Shown: in pieces, positions 11,924-23,518 of the stretch | Layout of the letters: every line of letters begins with the position of its first letter | Numbering within the stretch: the stretch's first letter is position 1 | The notes under the pieces: model-generated | The model's input: only the letters and a program-made list of their open reading frames with translations | The model's database searches: none | Told to the model about the DNA's origin: nothing | Translations under genes and position numbers: made by a program | NCBI GenBank assembly: GCA_965240325.2 | Contig: OZ251222.1 | Span: forward strand, 186,001-250,000 | DNA from: Rebecca billardiae RCC1528 | Taxonomy: Eukaryota; Protista; Haptophyta | Reading direction: 5' to 3' | Length of the DNA stretch: 64,000 bases

Positions 11924-14099
11924 TAAGTGTCCGATATAAAATGGCGGATGCGCGCGCGGCATTTGGGGTAGGCACTGGACGGAAGCGCGTCAGCGCGCCC
12001 GTGCGCCGGCCCCGGAGGCATGTTGGCCGCCCGCCTCGTCGCGCAACACTTGACGCGCGGCGTGCGCGGCATGAGCGACCTGGCATCGCCGTCCCTCGCC
12101 GGCTGTCCCTTGTCCCTTGTCCCTCTGTCCCTACCTCGCCGTCCCGGGTCGGGAGTCGGCCGGGCCCCACAGCCAAGGACACCGGACATCGTCTCCCGGA
12201 TTCATTTTCTTTTTCGGCTCTTCTTTTCTTTTCTTTTCTTCCCTTTTCTTTTCTTTTCTTTTATTCTCTGCCAATACGGTTTGGCGCTTTTCGGCCAACT
12301 CAACAGAAGGATGTTCTGTTGAGTTGGCCGATCGGCGAGGGGGGGGGGTGGGCTCGACAACAGGGCCCAGGCTCTGTTGAGTTGAGCTTGGAGGCCAGCT
12401 GGACTCGACAGAAGAATGCTCTGTTGAGTCGGTCGGACGTTGGCGGCCTCTCGACAGAGCCCTGGTCTGTTGAGTTGATCGTTGGTGGACACCGGTGATG
12501 GGGGTGCCTTGGGGCGCACCGACGGCGTAAAGGCGCTGCGGGCGCTGCGGTGCGCGCGACGGCGGCGTTCCCGGTGGCGCTGCTGTTGGAAGCTACTGCG
12601 CCCCTCTCCACCTCGCGCGCTTCGCTCGTCGTCGCCGTCTCCGCACCTGCTACCGGCATGCACGCGTGCGCAGCGCCTCGGACGCCCGTTGACGGCGCGC
12701 GCCCCGGCAACCGCCCATCACCGGCGGCGGCGAGTGCTGTTGCGGTTGGATGGAATCGGATGGTCTGCTGATAGTTGGACCAACCAACCAACGCCCTCGG
12801 TGGGCTTGGGCTTTGGTGTACGGAGCGTTCGGTGGAACTTGAGCCTCGGCACATTTCCCAGCGAAGTGGCCCACCTCGACGTGGCTGGCACGCTCGTCAC
12901 GCGCTCCCGAGCGCTCGTTTCGCGGTGCCGCAGGCCTTGGGCAGACCAGTCAGACATGGCGCGACCGCATTACCGGGCCATGTGCGCACCACATCCGCGC
13001 TACGTGGCCTGCGCTCTGGACGACTGGGAGTCAATGCCCGGACCCACTGCATTCCACTGCCCCGCATGCACCCCGAGTCACCGTCAGAAGGCGTCGACGA
13101 GCGCAGAGCGGGTGCGCGGGAGTTCAACCAACTCGTGTACCTTCTTGCAAGCACCAGTGGCGAGGTCGCACGCCCAATCGTGACCAGCCGTGGAACTTGA
13201 GCCGGTCGGCAGCAAAACCACCGTGTGGCGGCCGAGATGAAGTAGCAGCGTGCAACTGCAAGGAGGAGGCGCGGTGCGTGTCCGCGGCTGGCGAGAGGCG
13301 TCCGGACCGTGATGTTCTCGGCCGCGTCCGCGCGCTTCCCGCCGCCGCAGGCCCCGTGTACGCCCGTCGTCGCCCTCGCCGCGTGGGGCGTGGGCGCCCA
13401 CCGAGCTCAAGTTCCATGGCAAGGAAGTACTGTACTGATCTACAGTTTACTATGATACAGTACGTAGTAAGATTTAACGTGCACACTTGGTTCAACAGTA
13501 CGTAGTGATCTTGACAATGTGGCCGTGCACGCGGCAACAGGGCTCAGGCGGCCCAGTTGTCGAGTGCAGGCGTGTGTGGCTTGCGATGGCAGCCAGCCGT
13601 CAGCCGGGGCGCCACGCCCACGGTTCGCTGGTGGGCTGGCCCGATGGCGTCGCAGAGCTCACGCGTACGGGGGAGGAGGGCATCGACGAGGAGACGACCA
13701 AGGGCGAGAAGCAGCCGGGGGCACGCAGCACGGGGCTCGGAGCATGCCGCCAGCACGCGTGCCTCCACACCGTCGCACGTCACCCTTGCTCGTAGCTGTG
13801 CGCTGTGCTGCACTCATCTCACCATCGCCCATGCTACGGGCGCGGCCGGGTGGTGGACATCTACCTGTCGGCGCAGCACTGGCATCGGTGGTCGCCAGAC
13901 ACTTCTCGACTTGCTCTGCGCGTGACAGCAAGGAGACGGCAGCGCCACAGCTGTGTGAGCAGATGTCAGGTGCTGCTCTGCTCAGTGAGGCTGATAGACT
14001 GAGCACGCATGGCGGGCGCTGGCATTCCCCCGCATCCATGAGCCCAACAGGTGCATAGCCGTGCCCAGGAGCGCAGGACCAACCGCCCGGTGCTGCTTC

Positions 14100-16400
14100 A
14101 AACACCTGCGCCCCACGCTGCAGGCAGGATGAGGGGCGCTCGACTCTACGCCGCACGCGGCGGCAGCAGCTGGGCCGCTGGGATGGTCCTGCGCGGATGA
14201 CGGCGGTCGCCGCGGCTGACAGCTTGGTGTCACTGGTTCGACGGGCCTGGACGACGGACGCGCCGAGCACGGTGACGCTGTTCGATGCGCCCACGGCACT
14301 GCCCAGCGCGCTGGAGGCGTCGCCATCTGGTGCTGCTGTGCCTGCGCCCAGCTTGGGCAGCAGCAGCTGCGCTCAACTCCCCGCCGCGGGCAGCGGCAGG
14401 GATGGTGCCACGGCGGGCGGCGGCGGTCGACGTAGCTGTCAGCTCGGCGGTGCACGCCCGAGGGGCGCGGGCGCTGGACGCACCGAGCGCGGTGACGCTG
14501 CTCGCCTCGACCATCGCGCTGGAGCCGCTGCCATCCGGTGCTGCTGCGCCCGCGCCCAGCCGGGGCATCAGCAGCTGCGCTCAACTCCGCGCCGTGTGCG
14601 GCAGCAGCAGCAGGGATGGTGCCACGGCGGGCGGCGGCGGTCCACGGAGCTGTCAGCTCGGCGGTGCACGCCCGAGGGGCGTGGGCGGTGGGCGCATCGA
14701 GCGCCGTGACGCTGCTCGCCTCGCCCATCGCGCTGGAGCCGCTGCCATCCGGTGCTGCTGCGCCCGCGCGGGCAGCAGCAGCAGCGCTCGACTCCGCGCC
14801 GCGTGCGGCGGCAGCAGCAGGGATGGTGCCACGGCGGGCGGCGGCGGTCGACGGAGCTGTCAGCTCGGCGGTGCACGCCCGAGGGGCGTGGGCGGTGGGC
14901 GTACCGAGCGCCGTGGCGCTGCTCGCCTCGCCCATGGCGCTGGAGCCGCTGCCATCCGACGCTGCTGCGCCCGCGCCCAGCCGTGGCAGCAGCAGCAGCG
15001 CTCGACTCCGCGCCGCGTGCGGCAGCAGCAGCAGGGATGGTGCCATGGCGGGCGGCGGCTGTCGACGCAGCTGTCAGCTCGGCGGTGCACGCCCGAGGGG
15101 CGTGGGCGCTGGGCGCACCGAGCGCCGTGACGCTGCTCGCCTCGCCCATCGCGCTGGAGCCGCTGCCATCCGGTGCTGCTGCGCCCGCGCCCAGCCGTGG
15201 CAGCAGCAGCAGCGCTCGACTCCGCGCCGCGTGCGGCGGCAGCAGCAGGGATGGTGCCACGGCGGGCGGCGGCGGTCGACGCAGCTGTCAGCTCGGCGGT
15301 TCACGCCCGAGGGGCATAGGCGCTGGACGCACCGAGCGCCGTGACGCTGCTCGCCTCGCCCATCGCGCTGGAGCCGCTGCCATCCGGTGCTGCTGCGCCC
15401 GCGCCCAGCTTGGGCAGCAGCAGCAGCGCTCGACTCCGCGCCGCGTGCGGCGGCAGCAGCAGGGATGGTGCCACGGCGGGCGGCGGCGGTCGTCGTAGCT
15501 GTCAGCTCGGCGGTGCACGCCCGAGGGGCGTGGGCGCTGGACGCACCGAGCGCCGTGACGCTGCTCGCCTCGCCCATCGCGCTGGAGCCGCTACCATCCG
15601 GTGCTGCTGCGCCCGCGCCCAGCCGTGGCAGCAGCAGCAGCGCTCGACTCCGCGCCGCGTGCGGCGGCAGCAGCAGGGATGGTGCCACGGCGGGCGGCGG
15701 CGGTCGTCGTAGCTGGAAGCTCGGCGGTGCACGCCCGAGGGGCGTGGGCGCTGGACGCACCGAGCGCCGTGACGCTGCTCGCCTCGCCCATCGCGCTGGA
15801 GCCGCTACCATCCGGTGCTGCTGCGCCCGCGCCCAGCCGTGGCAGCAGCAGCAGCGCTCGACTCCGCGCCGCGTGCGGCAGCAGCAGCAGGGATGGTGCC
15901 ACGGCGGGCGGCGGCGGTCGACGGAGCTGGAAGCTCGGCGGTGCACGCCCGAGGGGCGTGGGCGGTGGGCGCACCGAGCGCGGTGCCGCTGCTCGCCTCG
16001 CCCATGGCGCTCGAGCCGCTGCCATCCGACGCTGCTGCGCCCGCGCCCAGCTTGGGCAGCAGCGGCTGCGCTCGACTCCGCGCCGCGTGCGGCGGCAGCA
16101 GCAGGGATCGTGCTACGGTGGGCGACGGTGGTCTCTAGAGCTGAAAGCTCGGCGGTGTGCGCCTGAGGGCCCTGGGCGGCGGGCGCATTGAGCGCGCTGA
16201 CGCCTCTCGCCTCGCCTGGCGCGCTGGAGACGCTCCCATCCGATGCTGCTGCGCCTGCGCCCTGGCGCGCTGAGTGCGGCTGCAGCATCAGGGATGGCGC
16301 CACGGCGGGCGGGCGGCGGTGGATGCAGCTATCAGCTCGGTGCTGCACGCGCGAGGGGCCTGGGCGGAAGGCGCGCGCAATGCAGTGACGCTGATACACG
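14100..16400 (+). repeat. 214-bp tandem array (~10 units), degenerate at both edges
   Basis: Equivalent positions at 14860, 15074, 15288 and 15502 (period 214). Confidence 0.93.
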
Positions 16401-17219
16401 CAAGCCCGGCGGCGCAGACCCGAGTCGTAGCCCGGCAGGTAGGCGGCACAGTAGTAGCGTAGTTTTCGTCAGCATCGATGAGTCAATCGATCAGCATCGA
16501 TCACGCGCATCATCACTGGCTACGACATCAGCGCATCCCGGCCTACACGGGACGGAGGCGGAGTGGCGTATATATATATATATCGCGTCGATCAGACTGA
16601 CGCAGTCCGCGCGCAACTGAGCATCATCAGCAGGCAGTCCGACCGGGCCGTCTCCCGATCCGCGGCCACCGTTCGTCCGACGAAGTCACATCACCACATG
16701 ACCACACCGTCACAGCGCAGATATATATATATCCGGAGCATACATATACGCAGTCGTGATGCCTGATGGCGCCACGGTTGTGCTGGCGGCTCACAGTCAC
16801 ACTCGATCAGTCGTCGCGTCCGGGTATAATAATAAGTGCGATGAAGCAGTACTTAGTATGAGTATAGTCTGCTGCGCTGATGGCTTAGCAGTCGTCGATC
16901 TGCTTATTACGACTACTGCTGTTCTTAGTCTTACGGGACTATACGGCTCAATAAACTCAATGATGTAGCAGCGCGCAGTAGTCGACATCACTCATCAGAG
17001 TAATAAGCTCAGTGACTAAGCTGACGACGATGATGAGGCGACTACGTGACGCGCGCGGTACTAGATCCGCGCCGACCGTCAGCTTATAGGCGTCATATTC
17101 ATCCGGGCACCGTGCTACACTCCGGCGCGACACGGTCAGCTGGTCAGCAGCTAGTAGAGTCGTAGTTTATAACGACCGGTCGTCGGCGTGCCAAGCAGTA
17201 CTCAGCACCGCCCGACCAC

Positions 17220-20200
17220 CGCCGCCGGCCTGGCTGTGGCACCTCCCTGCTGCTACCACCGCATGCGGCGCGAAGCCTCCTGAGCGCAGCTGCTGCCAGC
17301 TGCAGCCGTGCAGCGGCGCCGTGGCGCGGGCGCAGCGGCATCGAATGGCAGAGGCTCGAGCGCGCTACGGAACGAGGCGAGCGGCGACACCACGCTCGGT
17401 GCGTCCAGCGCCCACGCCTCTCGGGTGGGCACTGCCAAGCTTTCAGCTGCTGCGGCCGCCCGCCGTGGCACCATCCCTGCTGCTGCCGCCGCACGCGGCG
17501 CGGAGTCGAGCGCTGCCGCTGCTGCCCAAGCTGGGCGCCGGCGCAGCAGCGTCGGATGGCAGCGGCTCCAGTGCCATGGGCGAGGCGAGCAGCGGCACCG
17601 CGTTCGGTGCGCCCACCGCCCACGCCCCTCGGGCGTGCACCGTCGAGCTGACAGCTGCGTCGACAGCCGCCGCCCGCCATGGCACCATCCCTGCTGCTGC
17701 TGCCGCACGCGGCGCGGAGTCGAGCGCTGCTACTGCTGCCACGGCTGGGCGCGGGCGCAGCAGCACCGGATGGCAGCGGCTCCAGCGCCATGGGCGAGGC
17801 GAGCAGCGTCACCGCGTTCGGTGCCTCCAGCGCCCACGCCCCTCGGGCGTGCACCGCCGAGCTGACAGCTGCGTCGACAGCCGCCGCCCGCCATGGCACC
17901 ATCCCTGCTGCTGCCGCCGCACGCGGCGCGGAGTCGAGCGCTGCCGCTGCTGCCCAAGCTGGGCGCCGGCACAGCAGCGTCGGATGGCAGCGGCTCCAGT
18001 GCCATGGGCGAGGCGAGCAGCGTCACCGCGTTCGGTGCCTCCAGCGCCCACGCCCCTCGGGCGTGCACCGCCGAGCTGACAGCTCCGTCGACCGCCGCCG
18101 CCCGCCGTGGCACCATCCCTGCTGCTGCCGCCGCACGCGGCGCGGGGTCGAGCGCTGCTGCTGCTGCCACGGCTGGGCGCGGGCGCAGTAGCACCGGATG
18201 GCAGCGGCTCCAGCGCGATGGTCGAGGAGAGCAGCGTCACCGCGTTCGGTGCCTCCAGCGCCCACGCCCCTCGGGCGTGCACCGCCGAGCTGACAGCTCC
18301 GTCGACCGCCGCCGCCCGCCATGGCACCATCCCTGCTGCTGCTGCCGCACGCGGCGCGGAGTTGAGCGCTGCCGCTGCTGCCCTGGCTGGGCGCGGGCGC
18401 AGCAGCGTCGGATGGCAGCGGCTCCAGCGCCATGGGCGAGGCGAGCAGCGTCACGGCGCTCGGTGCGCCCACCGCCCACGCCCCTCGGGCGTGCACCGCC
18501 GAGCTTCCAGCTACGACGACCGCCGCCGCCCGCCGTGGCACCATCCCTGCTGCTGCCGCCGCACGCGGCGCGGAGTCGAGCGCTGCTGCTGCTGCCACGG
18601 CTGGGCGCGGGCGCAGCAGCACCGGATGGCAGCGGCTCCAGCGCCATGGGCGAGGCGAGCAGCGTCACGGCGCTCGGTGCGCCCACCGCCCACGCCCCTC
18701 GGGCGTGCACCGCCGAGCTTCCAGCTCCGTCGACCGCCGCCGCCCGCCGTGGCACCATCCCTGCTGCTGCCGCCGCACGCGGCGCGGAGTCGAGCGCTGC
18801 TGCTGCTGCCACGGCTGGGCGCGGGCGCAGCAGCGTCGGATGGCAGCGGCTCCAGCGCCATGGGCGAGGCGAGCAGCGTCACGGCGCTCGGTGCGCCCAG
18901 CGCCCACGCCCCTCGGGCGTGCACCGCCGAGCTTCCAGCTGCGTCGACCGCCGCCGCCCGCCGTGGCACCATCCCTGCTGCTGCCGCCGCACGCGGCGCG
19001 GAGTTGAGCGCTGCCGCTGCTGCCCTGGCCGGGCGCGGGCGCAGCAGCGTCGGATGGCAGCGGCTCCAGCGCGATGGGCGAGGCGAGCAGCGTCACGGCG
19101 CTCGGTGCGCCCAGCGCCCAAGCCTCTCGGGCGTGCACCGCCGAGCTTCCAGCTCCGTCGACCGCCGCCGCCCGCCGTGGCACCATCCCTGCTGCTGCTG
19201 CCGCACGCGGCGCGGAGTCGAGCGCTGCTGCTGCTGCCACGGCTGGGCGCGGGCGCAGCAGCACCGGATGGCAGCGGCTCCAGCGCGATGGGCGAGGCGA
19301 GCAGCGTCACGGCGCTCGGTGCGCCCAGCGCCCACGCCCCTCGGGCGTGCACCGCCGAGCTGACAGCTGCGTCGACAGCCGCCGCCCGCCATGGCACCAT
19401 CCCTGCTGCTGCTGCCGCACGCGGCGCGGAGTCGAGCGCTGCTACTGCTGCCACGGCTGGGCGCGGGCGCAGCAGCACCGGATGGCAGCGGCTCCAGCGC
19501 CATGGGCGAGGCGAGCAGCGTCACGGCGCTCGATGCGCCCACCGCCCACGCCCCTCGGGCGTGCACCGCCGAGCTTCCAGCTCCGTCGACCGCCGCCGCC
19601 CGCCGTGGCACCATCCCTGCTGCTGCCGCCGCACGCGGCGCGGAGTCGAGCGCTGCTGCTGCTGCCACGGCTGGGCGCGGGCGCAGCAGCGTCGGATGGC
19701 AGCGGCTCCAGCGCCATGGGCGAGGCGAGCAGCGTCACGGCGCTCGGTGCGCCCAGCGCCCACGCCCCTCGGGCGTGCACCGCCGAGCTTCCAGCTGCGT
19801 CGACAGCCGCCGCCCGCCGTGGCACCATCCCTGCTGCTGCCGCCGCACGCGGCGCGGAGTTGAGCGCTGCCGCTGCTGCCCTGGCCGGGCGCGGGCGCAG
19901 CAGCGTCGGATGGCAGCGGCTCCAGCGCGATGGGCGAGGCGAGCAGCGTCACGGCGCTCGGTGCGCCCAGCGCCCAAGCCTCTCGGGCGTGCACCGCCGA
20001 GCTTCCAGCTCCGTCGACCGCCGCCGCCCGCCGTGGCACCATCCCTGCTGCTGCTGCCGCACGCGGCGCGGAGTCGAGCGCTGCTGCTGCTGCCACGGCT
20101 GGGCGCGGGCGCAGCAGCACCGGATGGCAGCGGCTCCAGCGCGATGGGCGAGGCGAGCAGCGTCACGGCGCTCGGTGCGCCCAGCGCCCACGCCTCTCGG

Positions 20201-20780
20201 GCGTGCACCGCCGAGCTTCCAGCTGCGTTGACCGCCGCCGCCCGCCGTGGCACCATCCCTGCTTGTGCCGCCAATGCGGCGCGGAGTCGAGCGCTGCTGC
20301 AGCTGGGCCCCAGCTGGGCGCAGGCACAGCAGCACCAGATGGGAGCGGCTCCAGCGCGCTGGGCAGTGCCGTGGTCGCGTGGAGTGACGTCAACGCGCTC
20401 GACGCGTCCGTCGCCGTGGCCCCTCGAGCGAGCGACACCGAGCTGTCATCTGCGGCGAACGCCGTCATCCGCAGCGGGACCATCCCAGCAGCTGCTGCCG
20501 CATGCGGTGCAGATTCGCCGAGCGTGGCTGCTGCTGGTGTTGGCCCGGATGGGCGCGGGCGCAGCATCATCAGTTGCCAGCGACCCCATCGCGGTGGACG
20601 CGATGGGCTAGGTCGCTACTTTCGGCGCGCCATTGCCCAGGCCGTTCAAGCGAGCACCACCGAGCTGATAGCTGGAGCGACTGCCGCCGCCCGTCGTGGT
20701 ACTGTACTGCTGCTTGCTGCTGCAGCATCAACAGCGCCGCTACTACTATTACCAGCAGCGCTGGGCGCGTGTATCCGAAG
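17220..20780 (-). repeat. 214-bp tandem array (~16 units), inverted relative to 14100-16400
   Basis: Equivalent positions at 17679, 17893 and 18107. Same unit on the opposite strand. Confidence 0.93.
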
Positions 20781-22905
20781 CAGCACCGTACTGTATTGAT
20801 GGCCCTGCCGTCTGAGTAGGGGAACATGCCAGTAGCTCGCATGCACCAGGATTGCAGTCCATGCCAGTACTGCCTCGCCGAGTAGAGTAGTAGGACCTCA
20901 TCTGCTCACACAGCTGTGGCGCTGCCGTCTCCTTGCTGTCACGCGCAGAGCAAGTCGAGAAGTGTCTGGCGACCACCGATGCCAGTGCTGCGCCGACAGG
21001 TAGATGTCCACCACCCGGCCGCGCCCGTAGCATGGGCGATGGTGAGATGAGTGCAGCACAGCGCACAGCTACGAGCAAGGGTGACGTGCGACGGTGTGGA
21101 GGCACGCGTGCTGGCGGCATGCTCCGAGCCCCGTGCTGCGTGCCCCCGGCTGCTTCTCGCCCTTGGTCGTCTCCTCGTCGATGCCCTCCTCCCCCGTACG
21201 CGTGAGCTCTGCGACGCCATCGGGCCAGCCCACCAGCGAACCGTGGGCGTGGCGCCCCGGCTGACGGCTGGCTGCCATCGCAAGCCACACACGCCTGCAC
21301 TCGACAACTGGGCCGCCTGAGCCCTGTTGCCGCGTGCACGGCCACATTGTCAAGATCACTACGTACTGTTGAACCAAGTGTGCACGTTAAATCTTACTAC
21401 GTACTGTATCATAGTAAACTGTAGATCAGTACAGTACTTCCTTGCCATGGAACTTGAGCTCGGTGGGCGCCCACGCCCCACGCGGCGAGGGCGACGACGG
21501 GCGTACACGGGGCCTGCGGCGGCGGGAAGCGCGCGGACGCGGCCGAGAACATCACGGTCCGGACGCCTCTCGCCAGCCGCGGACACGCACCGCGCCTCCT
21601 CCTTGCAGTTGCACGCTGCTACTTCATCTCGGCCGCCACACGGTGGTTTTGCTGCCGACCGGCTCAAGTTCCACGGCTGGTCACGATTGGGCGTGCGACC
21701 TCGCCACTGGTGCTTGCAAGAAGGTACACGAGTTGGTTGAACTCCCGCGCACCCGCTCTGCGCTCGTCGACGCCTTCTGACGGTGACTCGGGGTGCATGC
21801 GGGGCAGTGGAATGCAGTGGGTCCGGGCATTGACTCCCAGTCGTCCAGAGCGCAGGCCACGTAGCGCGGATGTGGTGCGCACATGGCCCGGTAATGCGGT
21901 CGCGCCATGTCTGACTGGTCTGCCCAAGGCCTGCGGCACCGCGAAACGAGCGCTCGGGAGCGCGTGACGAGCGTGCCAGCCACGTCGAGGTGGGCCACTT
22001 CGCTGGGAAATGTGCCGAGGCTCAAGTTCCACCGAACGCTCCGTACACCAAAGCCCAAGCCCACCGAGGGCGTTGGTTGGTTGGTCCAACTATCAGCAGA
22101 CCATCCGATTCCATCCAACCGCAACAGCACTCGCCGCCGCCGGTGATGGGCGGTTGCCGGGGCGCGCGCCGTCAACGGGCGTCCGAGGCGCTGCGCACGC
22201 GTGCATGCCGGTAGCAGGTGCGGAGACGGCGACGACGAGCGAAGCGCGCGAGGTGGAGAGGGGCGCAGTAGCTTCCAACAGCAGCGCCACCGGGCGCGCC
22301 GCCGTCGCGCGCACCGCAGCGCCCGCAGCGCCTTTACGCCGTCGGTGCGCCCCAAGGCACCCCCTTCAGCCATCACCGGTGTCCACCAACGATCACTCAA
22401 CAGACCAGGGCTCTGTCGAGAGGCCGCCAAGGTCCGACCGACTCAACAGAGCATTCTTCTGTCGAGTCCAGCTGGCCTCCAAGCTCAACTCAACAGAGCC
22501 TGGGCCCTGTTGTCGAGCCCACCCCCCCCCCTCGCCGATCGGCCAACTCAACAGAACATCCTTCTGTTGAGTTGGCCGAAAAGCGCCAAACCAATTCTAT
22601 GATTTAAAGACACAGGCACGAGGGCGCAGCTCTCCTGATTCGTCTGTCGAAGTACTGAATGGAGTTAATGGAGGATGTCGGAGCGCGTTGGCCGCGGGTG
22701 AGGGAGTCGTCGTAACCGATGCTGATCACACGGTCACTGAGGTAGTAGGCGCCCGGGGATGCCGCTGTTTTGCAGTCGTCGTCGGCCTTGGTCATCATGT
22801 AGTTGCCCGTGTCGTCGTCGTCCGAGGCTGTTCAAGTTGATGCCGTAGTGCAGGTAGTGGATGTGGTCGCCCGGGCCGGTGTGCGCGGCCTAGTGGCCTT
22901 GCCGA

Positions 22906-23033
22906 GTTGAGGGAGTAGTCGCCCTTGCCGTTGAGGAAGTCGTCGTCCTTGCCGTTGAGGAAGTCGTCGCCCTGGCCGCAGAGGAAGTCGTCGCCCTTGC
23001 CGTTGAGGAAGTCGTCGTCCTGGCCGCTGAGGG
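22906..23033 (-). repeat. 24-bp minisatellite (5 units; one frame reads NGKGDDFL)
   Basis: GCCGTTGAGGAAGTCGTCG(C/T)CCT repeated with period 24. Confidence 0.8.
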
Positions 23034-23336
23034 TGCCTGCGCTGCCCAACCGGGCGCGTCTGGCGCGCCAGCGCCGCGCGCGGCTCTACGCCAGCGACTG
23101 CGGCGCGGCGGCAGCCAGGTCACGGGGGGGGTCGCCGAGGGACGCGGTGCGAGCCTGCTTGGCCGGCTTGGCGTCGCTCCCGCCAGCGGAGGAGGGCCCA
23201 TCCTCCTCCGCCGGCGTGGACGGCTCGGTCGCCGCGCGCTTGCCGGCTGCCGCGGCGCCGGGGGGCAGGACCAGGCGGTAGTGGGTTGTCTCTGCTCCTT
23301 TTGTTCATTTTCATTTCTTGGAGACAGACCAGCTGC

Positions 23337-23430
23337 CTTGTCCCTCCGGACTCGAGGGACAGCCAGCCCTTGTCTCACCGGACTCGAGGGACAGCCAGCC
23401 CCTTGTCCCTCCGGACTCGAGGGACAGCCC
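23337..23430. repeat. Three 32-33-bp subterminal direct repeats (CCTTGTCCCTCCGGACTCGAGGGACAGCC)
   Basis: GGACTCGAGGGACAGCC at 23348, 23380 and 23413. Confidence 0.85.
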
Positions 23431-23518
23431 AGCCGGACAGGCAACGGGGGTGGCTCGCGCCGACCAATCAGCGGCCCGGAAATCCGTCTGGGACAGGTGG
23501 GTGGCAAATGCACGTGGC

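Larger units (their letters stand above)
12278..22592. mobile_element. 10.3-kb foldback-type element: ~1.69-kb near-identical inverted arms plus oppositely oriented 214-bp arrays
   Basis: 12278-13965 is the reverse complement of 20899-22592, and the ORF track shows mirror-image ORFs. Termini GGTTTGGCGCTTTTCGG and CCGAAAAGCGCCAAACC. Unique spacer ~16420-17200. No TSD and no transposase. Confidence 0.85.
6167..23516. mobile_element. Putative 17.3-kb composite non-autonomous element with CACGTG termini, containing satellites and nested insertions
   Basis: Inverted termini CACGTGTATTTGCCACCC (6167-6184) and GGGTGGCAAATGCACGTG (23499-23516), 17/18 match. Motifs CGAGTCCGG/CCGGACTCG and GAGGGAC occur near both ends. 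No TSD is visible. Confidence 0.55.

Noticed and set aside
9214-12182. Very long ORFs (up to 975 aa) over the 220-bp satellite
   Set aside because: Open in all six frames because of extreme GC content. The unit length is not a multiple of 3, and the products are Arg/Ala/Pro/Gly low complexity.
12291-12478. CRISPR-like array of palindromic repeats
   Set aside because: Only four degenerate units, with the variable part inside the palindrome. The context is eukaryotic, there are no cas genes, and the units are mirrored at the other TIR.
13982-20799. Many 200-650-aa ORFs over the 214-bp arrays
   Set aside because: 214 is not divisible by 3, so the same peptides rotate through frames on both strands. 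These are repeat artefacts.
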